Assembly: GCA_964019425.1 (NCBI GenBank)
Contig: OZ025790.1
Location: 1,488,001 to 1,525,176, forward strand
Reading direction: 5' to 3'
DNA length: 37,176 nt
DNA from: Flectonema sp. DT1601
Taxonomy: Eukaryota
Both the position numbers and the translations under genes were made by a program. Each line of letters starts with the position of its first letter. The first letter of the stretch is position 1. The notes beneath the pieces are model-generated. The model saw nothing but the letters and a program-made list of their open reading frames with translations. It was not told the origin of the DNA and did no database searches. This document shows positions 1 to 9,212 of the stretch, in pieces.

Positions 1-731
1 TTATGTCCAGATACTACACATGCTGTATCATCCGCATACAGAGCAGACGTCGTTGTTTCTTTCTCCAGTTCCAAAATCTTGCAGAGGTCATCAACGTAGA
101 TAAGATAGAGAAGAGGACCCAGGATCGATCCCTGTGGAACCCCCTTAGCCAGAGTACGGAATTCGCTAAGATAACCATTCGCTTCAACTCTAACCTTCCT
201 GTTTGTAAGAAAGTCTGTGATCCATCTGATAATAACATTCGGAACACCCATCTTTACCAATTTTAATAAAAGTATCTTATGGTTGATCCTGTCAAACGCA
301 GCAGTAAAATCAAACGATAAGAACACCGATCTCTTTCTCTTCATGTGCATCCTTACGACGGCATCTACCAAAACGGTGATCTGTTCGCAGGTATTTCTCC
401 CCCTTCTGAAACCAGCCTGTAGTGGGCTGAGTGACGAATGTTTAGTGAGCCAGTGCATGAGTCGGTCATACACGAGCCTCTCCGCAAGTTTCCCAACAAC
501 CGATGTGAGCGTAATGGGTCTGAAACTCTTCAGTTCATTCCGAGGTTTTCCAGCCTTGAACATAGGCTTGATTAAACCTTGTTTCCACTGGTACGGTACT
601 TTTGAAGTCTTCCAGGAAGTGTTAATAATTCTCAAGAGGTATTCCACTGTTGCCGGAGTGAAGTTTTTGATCATCTCATTGTGAACTCCATCAGGTCCTG
701 CAGCCTTGCGGGTCTTCAGTAAGTCTTCAGT
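1..731 (-). mobile_element. Non-LTR retrotransposon RT-domain fragment (family C), 5'-truncated, runs off the window start
   Basis: Manual minus-strand translation (absent from the ORF track because it has no stop in the window) gives KAAGPDGVHNEMIK...SFRPITLTSVVGKLAER...QAGFRRGR...FDFTAAFD...GVPQGSILGP...LYADD (YADD at 27-38). These are typical LINE RT motifs, divergent from families A and B. Confidence 0.92.
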
Positions 732-760
732 TATTTTTTTATTTTTTTTTTTTTATACTC

Positions 761-772
761 TTTGCGGGTTTG
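761..772 (+). repeat. 1.5 units of TTTGCGGG (reverse complement of the terminal array unit) at an element junction
   Basis: tttgcgggtttg lies between a T-rich tract and the start of the truncated ORF1 relic. Confidence 0.6.
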
Positions 773-799
773 ATCGCAGTAGGACCTCCAGCAGGCATT

Positions 800-2013
800 A
801 TAAGATGCGATCATGGAAGGTAACTAATGCAATGGAATTCAACTACTGTTTTGGAAAAGAAGAGGCAAAAGACAAAGAAGCCGGTCTACCAATTGAAGAC
901 GTGAAGGTGTACACAGATGGGTCTATTAGACATAGGACGAAGACGTACATGACTAAGTCAGGAGCATCTGTGATAATAGTGAAGGGTAAGGAGGTTAGCA
1001 TGACCGGATTCAGAATACCTGTAGCAGGAAGCTCCTACAGAACTGAACAGATAGCCGTGGAACAAGCGATGAGAAAACTCCTGAAAAACAAAAAGGCATC
1101 CGAAGGAATACTTCCCACAACAAAGACGCATATTCTAACTGACTCAATGTCGCTAATACAGGCACTTGAGCGAGGACCTGAAGAACAGAAATCTGCTACA
1201 AACGCATCAATCTGGAAGTTAGCACTGAAACTGGAACACAGAGGTGTTAATATTAACATGCAGTATGTCCCAGCACATATGGATGTGCTGTATAATGAAA
1301 TAGCAGACAAGGTGGCAAAACACGCTGCAGGTACGATAAAGAAACCTCCAGATGACAGTGTGGTACTCGAGAGTTTAGTTACTAGACTGGATATGGGAAC
1401 CCTTATGACTTTTCACAAGAGAAGAAAACGAGAGGAGTGGATTGGAGCCGGCGAACAGAGGCATCCACCTTTTGTAGAAGAACTGACGAGACCACAAGAA
1501 GTCCTAATGTCCCGCTTCAGAGTTGGACACTGTAGATCTCTTAAACTAAAAGGAATAAACGAACAGTGCATCTTCTGTCATGGAGATACTGCAACACCGC
1601 ATCATGTGCTTTTCAAGTGCAACCACTGGTGTATCCAAAAGATGAGATCATTGTACATACACAGCATGATTAATACCGAAACTAGTGAAGTAGTGAGTAA
1701 AGTAGAGGACTGCTTCTTAAAGGAGAATCAACGCAGCATGTCCAACTTTGTAGTGGTACTGGACCAAATAGCTGAAATGCTCGGAAGACCTGGAAATCCA
1801 TAATTTAAAGATGCGGTTCTTAGACCAAATGAGGAAGTAAACTGAACTCTTTAGAAATTGATAAAGAAAGAAAACAAAGAAGATACGAAGCCTACGGGAA
1901 CCCCCCATCCCATCCCCAATCCCCACAAAAAGAAAGTGTACAGAAGAAAGAAAGAACAACCGCGCCTAACAGCGCAAACAGCAAAGCAGGTCGAAGGAAC
2001 CTGCTGTGCACAC

Positions 2014-2040
<27 letters not shown>
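800..2040 (+). mobile_element. LINE family B, 5'-truncated copy (RNase H + zinc knuckle + 3'UTR + poly(A))
   Basis: Near identical to ~19222-20460. Motifs VYTDGS, LTDSMS, NEIADKVAK, CIFC..H..C; stop at 1803; poly(A) 2014-2040; candidate TSD (a)ggcatt at 793-799 and 2040-2046. Confidence 0.93.
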
Positions 2041-2045
<5 letters not shown>

Positions 2046-2940
2046 TGGAACAAGGGCCATATAAACAAAGGTCCCCAATGAACAAAAAGATCTGGAAGTT
2101 GGCAATGAAACTGGAGAAGAAGGGAATCCAAGTCAACATGCAGTATGTACCGGCACACAGAAACGTGCGGTACAACGAAGTAGCGGACCAACTGGCGAAA
2201 TACGCTGCAGGCCTGAAGGAAGATCCACCTCACGAAGATGTTATTATTAAACAACTGCCCACTCAACTTGACATGGGAACATTGATGACGTTTCACAAGC
2301 GGAGAAAACGGGAGAACTGGATCGGACCGGGAGAGGTAAGACACCCTCCGTACATCGAAGCTCTAACACGACCAGAGGAAGTACTGATGTCACGCTTTAG
2401 AGTGGGACATTGCAGATCTCTGATAATCAAAGGACTGAACGAGCTGTGCTTTTTCTGTAAACTTGGAAAGGCGACAGCACATCATGTATTATTTATATGC
2501 GAACATTGGTGTATAGAAACCTTGAGGGAAAAATACATCAGTCACATGATGAATGACAAGGGAGAGGAAGCATGCCAACTGGAGGACTGCTACTTACCTG
2601 CGAATCAACAGCAGATGACTGGTCTTGTCACAACCTTAGACAGACTGGCACAACTATTAGGACGGTAGTATTATTAAAACATCGACATTTCGAATATCAA
2701 CATTGAAGGCATCATTGCAACACATCTGAAGTCGTCCAAGTGGACAATAAATTATGTAGTATTAGTTTTAAGTTATCAAAACAAAGAAAGGAGATACGAA
2801 GCCTGCGGGATTCCCACCCCCAACCCCCAAAACAAAGAAAGTAAGAAAGAAAGAAAGAAAAAGAACAGCCGTGCCTAACAGCGCAATCAGCATCACAGAC
2901 TCACGGGTCGTGGTGCACTCAAAAAAAAAAAAAAAAAAAA
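2041..2940 (+). mobile_element. LINE family A, 5'-truncated copy (end of RNase H, zinc knuckle, 3'UTR, poly(A))
   Basis: Near identical to ~15379-16275; stop at 2668; poly(A) 2921-2940. Confidence 0.93.
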
Positions 2941-4590
2941 GCATTTCAAGCAAGCCCTCAAAACAAGGAGGCAATTCAAACAAAGACAAGCCCTCAAAAC
3001 AAAGAGGCAATTCAAATAAGCCCTCAAAACATAGAGGCACGAAGCGTATTATTAAAAACGAAACAAAGCCCTCCGTCAAATGAGGCACCCCAATCAAGCC
3101 CTCAAATCAAAGAGGCACAAAGAAGATCAACGGTGATCTGAATGGACCACCACCGAAACTCAACAAGGAGCATTTTAATTGCAAAATACTCCAGCCAACT
3201 GATGACCTCAACAGCAAGACCAATGGAATTATACTCTCATTGGCTCAACAAGGAAGAAGCCTGGACGAACAATACTTCGAAAAGGCCAGCAAAACGAAGC
3301 AACTGACGATGGTGTTCACACGGCCACCTCCAAAACGTGCCCTACAACACGCAACTGACTGCAGTCAGATACAAACGCCGGTCCAATTTGATGGACAAAT
3401 AAGAATAAGATCATGGTGGTTTGTGACTTTTACCGGAGCAACCTACACCCCAACACTAATAGTGGCAACAAACATAAAGCCACCGATCACTCATCGCGTG
3501 GGCTACAGCAAAGGAGTTAGGAGGAGATGCTATCAGAAACCCAGCATCGCTTACTGCAAAAATCAAGGCAGTGGTGGGTGATCAGGGACGGGTCGACACA
3601 AGGACATTCCGGATAGTTGGAAAGGGGGATTTTAGTGAAGTCACAGTCCTACCAAATGATGAAAAGGCAGCAATCGCACTGATGCACAACTCAGGGAGTA
3701 ACAAAGTTTACTTCAGGATAAAATCGATAGAGGGCCTGACCAAGCATGTCTATGAAACAGTATGGCTTGACAGGAAAGTCTTCGAATGAGGAAGCCATGG
3801 GAGTCCTGAAGGCACAACAAGACATGTGCATGGGGCTGACTACCAACTATGGGAAGATAGGGATAAGGGTGAGTGCCTCTGCAAACGTAGAGAAAGTACG
3901 GAAGGGTGCCGGGAAATTCGCTGCGCAAGTCTACGGTGCTGGACTGTACCGTATCAGTGGTGCACAGTACAGGTGGTCGAACCGGCTCCAGGGAATGCTC
4001 TTGGAAGCGGGATTAAATTCTAAATTTATTCGCATGGAGAAAGGCGACTTCTTGGTCGCCCTCGATAAAAGTCCGAAAAGCCAGTTCTTACAATGTGGTG
4101 AGACCCTGATGTCTATTGAGAAAATGGAGCTGCCAGAAGACCGTGCTACGAACTAGCAATTTTTGCTAACATATTCTTTTCAAAAAATTGTTGATTTTAA
4201 GCAAGTAATTTGTAGGTGAAACCTACACTCTGCCGTATTACATTTTTCCCTGGTTTTGGTTTCCCAGGGCTCACGATTAATTCAAAATTCAAAATTGAAT
4301 AACTCGATTCCGTACTGCACTGAATGACAACACGGAAAAAGAGATGTAAGTTAGAAACATTTATTATAATGTAAAGTATTTACGTCAATCGCAGAGTGTA
4401 TACCTACACTAACATTACCTTTAGTCACTGTATCTCAGAACTAATGTTAAATTATCGTTATGTTGTCTATGATACAAAACATTTGTATTTTACGTACAAA
4501 CTCGAACAGTTAACCCCCCTGTCCAGTCCTGCAAACTGGAGTGCTTCAGCCAACTTCATGATTGAAAATTATTCCCTGATACCAAAAGTG

Positions 4591-4595
4591 AAAAA
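4591..4595 (-). terminator. Pol III oligo(T) terminator of the tRNA
   Basis: TTTTT on the minus strand 1 nt after the discriminator base. Confidence 0.7.
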
Positions 4596-4596
4596 C

Positions 4597-4670
4597 TACC
4601 CCATGTGAGACTCGAACTCACAACCTTTGGATTAGAAGTCCAACGCGCTATCCAATTGCGCCAATGGGGC
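4597..4670 (-). tRNA. tRNA-Arg-TCT: tRNA-Arg (anticodon TCT)
   Basis: Reverse complement GCCCCATTGGCGCAATTGGATAGCGCGTTGGACTTCTAATCCAAAGGTTGTGAGTTCGAGTCTCACATGGGGTA. Acceptor stem GCCCCAT/ATGGGGT, anticodon arm TTGGA-CT-TCT-AA-TCCAA, T-arm GTGAG-TTCGAGT-CTCAC, no intron and no encoded CCA. Confidence 0.96.
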
Positions 4671-4704
4671 TCTGTTTTTAGCTTTTTTTTATTTATTTAT
4701 TTAT

Positions 4705-4738
<34 letters not shown>

Positions 4739-4991
4739 CGCCGAAGCGAAGATGCCAAAAAAAATACCAACGATTCTAAAGCTACAGTTTCTGTTAAATA
4801 TATTTCAGTAATTTGCAGCATCCCAAAGCACCGTTTCACCAAGCATCGAATTTTTCGATGCGTTCCCATAATGTAAATCCAACATTATGATTATTAGTTT
4901 CTTAATACCAATTCTTAATTCACACCCATTTATCAGATTTCGAACCCCGTTTCGCGCATACCTTTTTCACGAATTTTAAATTTAAATTTAA

Positions 4992-6128
4992 ATGTCTGGT
5001 GTAACAACAACTAAGAGCTGCATCCAGAGTGGGGCGCTCTCACGTACAAAATCAGTAATAGTCTTAGACAAGCTGAAGAGAGACGCACAGGCCCCGAGCG
5101 CGACGGCGGGTGAGTTATCAGCGGCACCGACGGTGATGTCCGAGACGGAGTTGGCAAGGCAGTGTGTGGCCTTGGTGAATCAGTTAGTGGTGTTTGAGGC
5201 GCGAACGAAGACGGACACAGATGCGCCGTACCTGTTGTACGCAGGGATGTTAGTGGAGTTCGAAGACTCATATGCGATAAATTTTTCGTCGGCCTTTAAT
5301 TATTTAGAAGGCATAAGCACATGGAGTGGGGAAGAGAAAAAATCAGCATTTCCACCTCCAATGATGGCTGTACAACGTTTGGTAAGTGCTTCAGTCTTTC
5401 AAACTGAGCGAGCGAAGGATTTGTTGGGCCGGAAGGACGCGCAGCTGCGTGCACAGAGGGAGAAGGTGAGTGAGCTGGAAAACAATGTGAAGGGATTGCA
5501 AGAAATGGTACAGCAGCTGCTAAACAAGCCGGATGAAGAAATGTTAAATCATCGATCGTCTTCTCAACCGAGGTATCAGCATCAAGTTTTAAACTCAACT
5601 GTGTCAAGTCAAAATCAACCAATGTACCATCATCAGAATCAGAACCAGGAATTTGACTACACTCAAATAGGAAGGGAAGCGACAGATGCTTACAGCATCA
5701 CAGAGAAGTGTTTCCGGGACGCAGTCGCACAGAGAGGCCCACTCGAAGTTGCGAGGGATTTTGAGATAGTAATGGTGGCCGGATATGAGCAGAGATACGG
5801 GGGGAATGATCTCCGTAAGAGTTTTGTAGCTTTTAGACGATGGTTAGCCTCAGCATGCTCAGTACAGGACTGGAACACAAACCCGGAGCTAGTGGCACTT
5901 GGAGATCATCTGCTGAAGGAACTAAAGTTGAAGCACACAGCAGTCAGAAGAGGAGTTGGACAGTATACCTTACAACAGCAGATGATGGCACAATCAGAGG
6001 ATCCTTATGAGAAGGCAGCGATAGCTATCGAGAGGAGGAACGCAACAAGCAGAAAAGGCAAAGGAAGGAAAGGCGGTTTTAAAGGAGGATACAAGGGTCA
6101 GGGAAATGGACAGACCGGGAGGCAGTGA
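4992..6128 (+). CDS. Gag-like ORF1 of the YR retrotransposon (378 aa)
   Basis: First ORF after repeat A1; coiled-coil-like segment (LRAQREKVSELENNVKGLQEMVQQL) and basic Gly-rich C-terminus. The Gag assignment is positional. Confidence 0.8.
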   Translation: MSGVTTTKSCIQSGALSRTKSVIVLDKLKRDAQAPSATAGELSAAPTVMSETELARQCVALVNQLVVFEARTKTDTDAPYLLYAGMLVEFEDSYAINFSSAFNYLEGISTWSGEEKKSAFPPPMMAVQRLVSASVFQTERAKDLLGRKDAQLRAQREKVSELENNVKGLQEMVQQLLNKPDEEMLNHRSSSQPRYQHQVLNSTVSSQNQPMYHHQNQNQEFDYTQIGREATDAYSITEKCFRDAVAQRGPLEVARDFEIVMVAGYEQRYGGNDLRKSFVAFRRWLASACSVQDWNTNPELVALGDHLLKELKLKHTAVRRGVGQYTLQQQMMAQSEDPYEKAAIAIERRNATSRKGKGRKGGFKGGYKGQGNGQTGRQ

Positions 6129-6163
6129 CTGGCACCTTCTGGTCAAAGAGTAAGTATGCCAGT
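6101..6163 (+). promoter_or_regulatory. Predicted -1 ribosomal frameshift signal (G GGA AAT + H-type pseudoknot)
   Basis: Heptamer 6101-6107 is in the correct Gag phase; 5-nt spacer; stem 1 6113-6122/6135-6144; stem 2 6128-6134/6157-6163. Confidence 0.75.
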
Positions 6164-9100
6164 AGCGACAATGTACGAAGCTTTCAAGAGACAACAACAG
6201 TCAGTCGGTTCAACAAGCGTCGCAATTTCAACTCATCGATTCACCCCGTACAACGCACAATCAATAGAACGCACGACTATACTCGACAACTCAGGAATGA
6301 CAATTTTAAATTCAAACACGATGCAAGTTGCAACGCGAACAACCAGCCTGGCGATATCAAGTCCAACTCACGTTTCTATTCCGAATCACATTCGAAGGCC
6401 AACTCCAAACATGTCACCTCATCGAAAAAGTATCGACGATCCAGATTCGGACCCAAGACCTCTGCCGTGCAGCGCAGCTGTCCAGACGTCACATTCAGGC
6501 AACGAGAATTTTCTACTGGATGGCGAAGCCGAGCTTCAGACCGCAGAAACATCAACTCTAGGAACGCTAGAAGGAGATGTAATAAAAAGAGCAGTCTTAA
6601 ATATTTTGCAACAGAGTGTCAAGAAAAAGAAGCAATCGGAGGACGAAGTGGACCCGGACGAGGCCGAGGAGAGGATTCAAGGCCTGGTCGAGAAGACTTG
6701 GGCGAAGCCAACAACGGTTGCAAGAAGAGCACTGTGGGACAGGTTGAACAGATGGATCCAATTGAACGACCTTCCCTTGAACGCAAACTCGGCAGTTCTG
6801 TTTGTGGCGGCAACAGGAGCGGCCCCATCTGCCCTCCTTACGTATTCAAAGCACCTGTCAGCGATGATGGGGAAGCTGGGAATGGAGACAAGTCCGTTAT
6901 CAATAATGGGTACTTCGTTGAGAGCCGCTGGTGCCGAGATTCCAAGCAGGCAGGCAGAACCGATGGCGAAGGAAGATTTGGTGAAGTGGGCCAAGACACA
7001 AAAAGTGAATGTCCGGTTGGCACTCATGATCTGCTGGAAGACCGCGTCCCGGTGGGGAGAGGTGGCGACCCTGTCAAGCGAGCAGGTGAATGTGATAAGC
7101 AGAAACGAGGTGATTGTCGACTGGGCAACGAACCCCAAGGGCAGAAAGCGGAATCCGTTCTACCCTGGAAGGTGGGCAGTTATCGTGGGAGACCTGGTGG
7201 AGGAGATCGCGTCCGACAACATCCAGTTAGGAAAGTACGAAAGACTGACGGAGTGGGACACAGCAAAGTTGGTGCAGGAATGGAGAAGGGAGAAGTACAT
7301 GAAGAAGTACTCGGCGCACTCCATCAAGCGAGGGGCGATAAGTCGCCTGTTCGAACAGTTGGCGAGCGGAGAGGATATCAGGGAGGAATTAATAAGCCGC
7401 CTCGCGAAGCACAGCACAACCGCCGCCCTCTCGAACACAACGATCCGGTACGGAGGAAACCCAGTGGCATTGGCCCGGGCATTGCGAACATCGGAGGTGA
7501 CGATTCACCTCTGACCTGTATTAGGAAAATGAGGGCGCAGTTTACTCACAGAGGAAAGAGTACTCGTCTGCCTTCAACAGTTGAGGAGAGGGGCGCGCCG
7601 TTGCATGTCTCGAAGATACCGGAGATGAATCTCAGACATGTCAGGTCACGAATGCTACCTTCGATAAGGAAGCGTTTTGAACATGTATGGTCACTCACAT
7701 TTAATTATATCAACAAACAGGAAAAAGAAAGTAGAAAGAAGAAATCAAGGTTTTCAGCAGACCATGCTAAGAAGCTGGCTGAGTGTCATATTGCCGTTCC
7801 TTTTAATTTATCTGAGTCAAGGGCGCATAATGTGCCATTTACTGTTTTCGAAGAAAGAGAGTCTGGAAATAGACAGAGGTTTATTTTGTGGACAAAAGAA
7901 GAGAACGAAAGAATCACAGGGGAGGGGTATGTTCCTTTTGTCCTGTTGAAACACATTTCGGAATACCTGGGTGCAGTTGACTCAGAGGTTGCATCTCTGA
8001 GAGACTTCAAAACTGGTTTTTACCAGGTTGCAATCCCAGAAGAGGCAAGAGGCCTGTTTGCGTTTCAGGATTCCGAGGGTGCTTCGTATGCCTTGACCAG
8101 ACTGCCCATGGGGCATGTTTTGTGCACCGGAAATAATGAACACCGTGGCTGCTGTGGTAGCAGGTGACCCGCTTTTTGTCAAGGACAGGTATGCGGAGAA
8201 GGATGTTGGGATCCATTGGTGGATCGACAATATCAGGTATTTCGGTGGAAGGGAGAAGGTGCACAGTGCAACAGAAAGATTGGATAAACTGGCATCTGAA
8301 TGCAACATTTCTTGGAAACCACAGGATACAGTTAACTGTGGTGGATCTTATGATTTTCTTGGTGTTTCTTTTTTACATAATGCAAAGGAAGTGGGCTTAG
8401 GTGCCAAGATTAGAAGAGGTATTTTCAAGTGTGATTTAAATCGTATGACTGCCTCGAGTATCGAGTCATTAGGGGGGAGACTTCTACATGCAAGTGCAAT
8501 TTCAGGTGTTCCACCTGGGCGTTACTGGTTTGCTTTAAAGTTTCTGAGAAGAGTAACAAACAAGCTCAACAAGGGCTCTTTACGTGTTGAACAGGAAGTG
8601 GTTATTCCCCCCTCTGTGAAAAGAGAGTTTTTCAATTGGTGTAAGTCGGTCCAGAAGAAAAGGATCATTAAGTTGAATGGGACAAAGAAAAAGAAAGCTG
8701 AGGTATTTGTTGATGCCTCGCTCCAAGGGTGGGGCGGGGTTATTGTTTGGGAATCTGGAGAATTGGAAATCCTGGGAGGGGCATGGCCATATGGTGAGAG
8801 TCGCCACATTAACATTCTTGAAGCTGATGCTCTGGCCAGGACTCTGGATGGAATCAGCCATGCTGACCACCTGGGCATCTGGGTAGACAATACCTCGGTA
8901 TGTGGAGCATTCAGGAAGAGAATGTGTGTAAGATCGCATGATTTGAACTTTTTTGTTATAAAAGCAGTGGAGAGAATTTTGTTTTTTAAGTGTTCTTTTT
9001 CTTTAAAATGGGTGAGTACGAAGTACAACCCAGCAGATATTCCATCTAGGGAAGCAATATCTTCGGCTACCAGGCAGAAGGTAGAACTTGCGCTGGGGGA

Positions 9101-9212
9101 ATTCTTTAACTCGCGGCGGGGTGGTGGAGCCGGCAACCCAACGAACAGAACTGGGACCGGCAGCGGCGTCCAGCCCATCCATGGCGGACCCACCACAACC
9201 CCAACGCGGTGA
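6125..9212 (+). CDS. Pol (long overlap region + RT + RNase H), broken by one extra T at ~8118-8121
   Basis: ORFs 6125-8167 and 8115-9212 join to match the continuous RT of copy 2. RT motifs RDFKTGFYQV, RLPMGH, WIDN, DFLG; RNase H motifs FVDAS..GWG, HINILEA, VDNT, NPADIPSR. Confidence 0.88.
6156..7514 (+). CDS. Tyrosine recombinase (452 aa)
   Basis: Catalytic-type residues in order: ASRWGE (R), PKG (K), HSIKRG (H..R), LAKH (H), TTIRY (Y). Confidence 0.9.
   Translation: MPVATMYEAFKRQQQSVGSTSVAISTHRFTPYNAQSIERTTILDNSGMTILNSNTMQVATRTTSLAISSPTHVSIPNHIRRPTPNMSPHRKSIDDPDSDPRPLPCSAAVQTSHSGNENFLLDGEAELQTAETSTLGTLEGDVIKRAVLNILQQSVKKKKQSEDEVDPDEAEERIQGLVEKTWAKPTTVARRALWDRLNRWIQLNDLPLNANSAVLFVAATGAAPSALLTYSKHLSAMMGKLGMETSPLSIMGTSLRAAGAEIPSRQAEPMAKEDLVKWAKTQKVNVRLALMICWKTASRWGEVATLSSEQVNVISRNEVIVDWATNPKGRKRNPFYPGRWAVIVGDLVEEIASDNIQLGKYERLTEWDTAKLVQEWRREKYMKKYSAHSIKRGAISRLFEQLASGEDIREELISRLAKHSTTAALSNTTIRYGGNPVALARALRTSEVTIHL

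Larger units (their letters stand above)
772..4156 (+). pseudogene. Degraded LINE ORF1 relic, split by nested insertions (pieces ~772-794 and 2941-4156)
   Basis: gatcgcagtaggacctccagcag (772-794) and gcatttcaagcaagccctc (2941 on) rejoin to match the ORF1 sequence at ~25681-25720. Frameshifted ORFs 3240-3581, 3571-3789 and 3746-4156 are homologous to ORF1 10242-12092. Confidence 0.85.

Noticed and set aside
217..684. 155-aa + strand ORF and neighbouring small ORFs
   Set aside because: Antisense shadows of the minus-strand family C RT.
706..713. ttgcgggt match to the array motif
   Set aside because: Part of the family C RT coding sequence (Thr-Arg-Lys codons on the minus strand); probably coincidental.
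706..800. N-termini of ORFs 706-1803, 2006-2668, 10155-12092, 16632-20225 and 25361-25816 as given in the track
   Set aside because: Chance in-frame extensions through poly(T), poly(A) or YR repeat sequence across insertion junctions.
4248..4269. ccctgg...ccaggg hairpin resembling the start of the trypanosomatid Ingi/L1Tc 5' signature
   Set aside because: Only the 6-bp stem matches; the rest of the signature and any downstream element are not evident.
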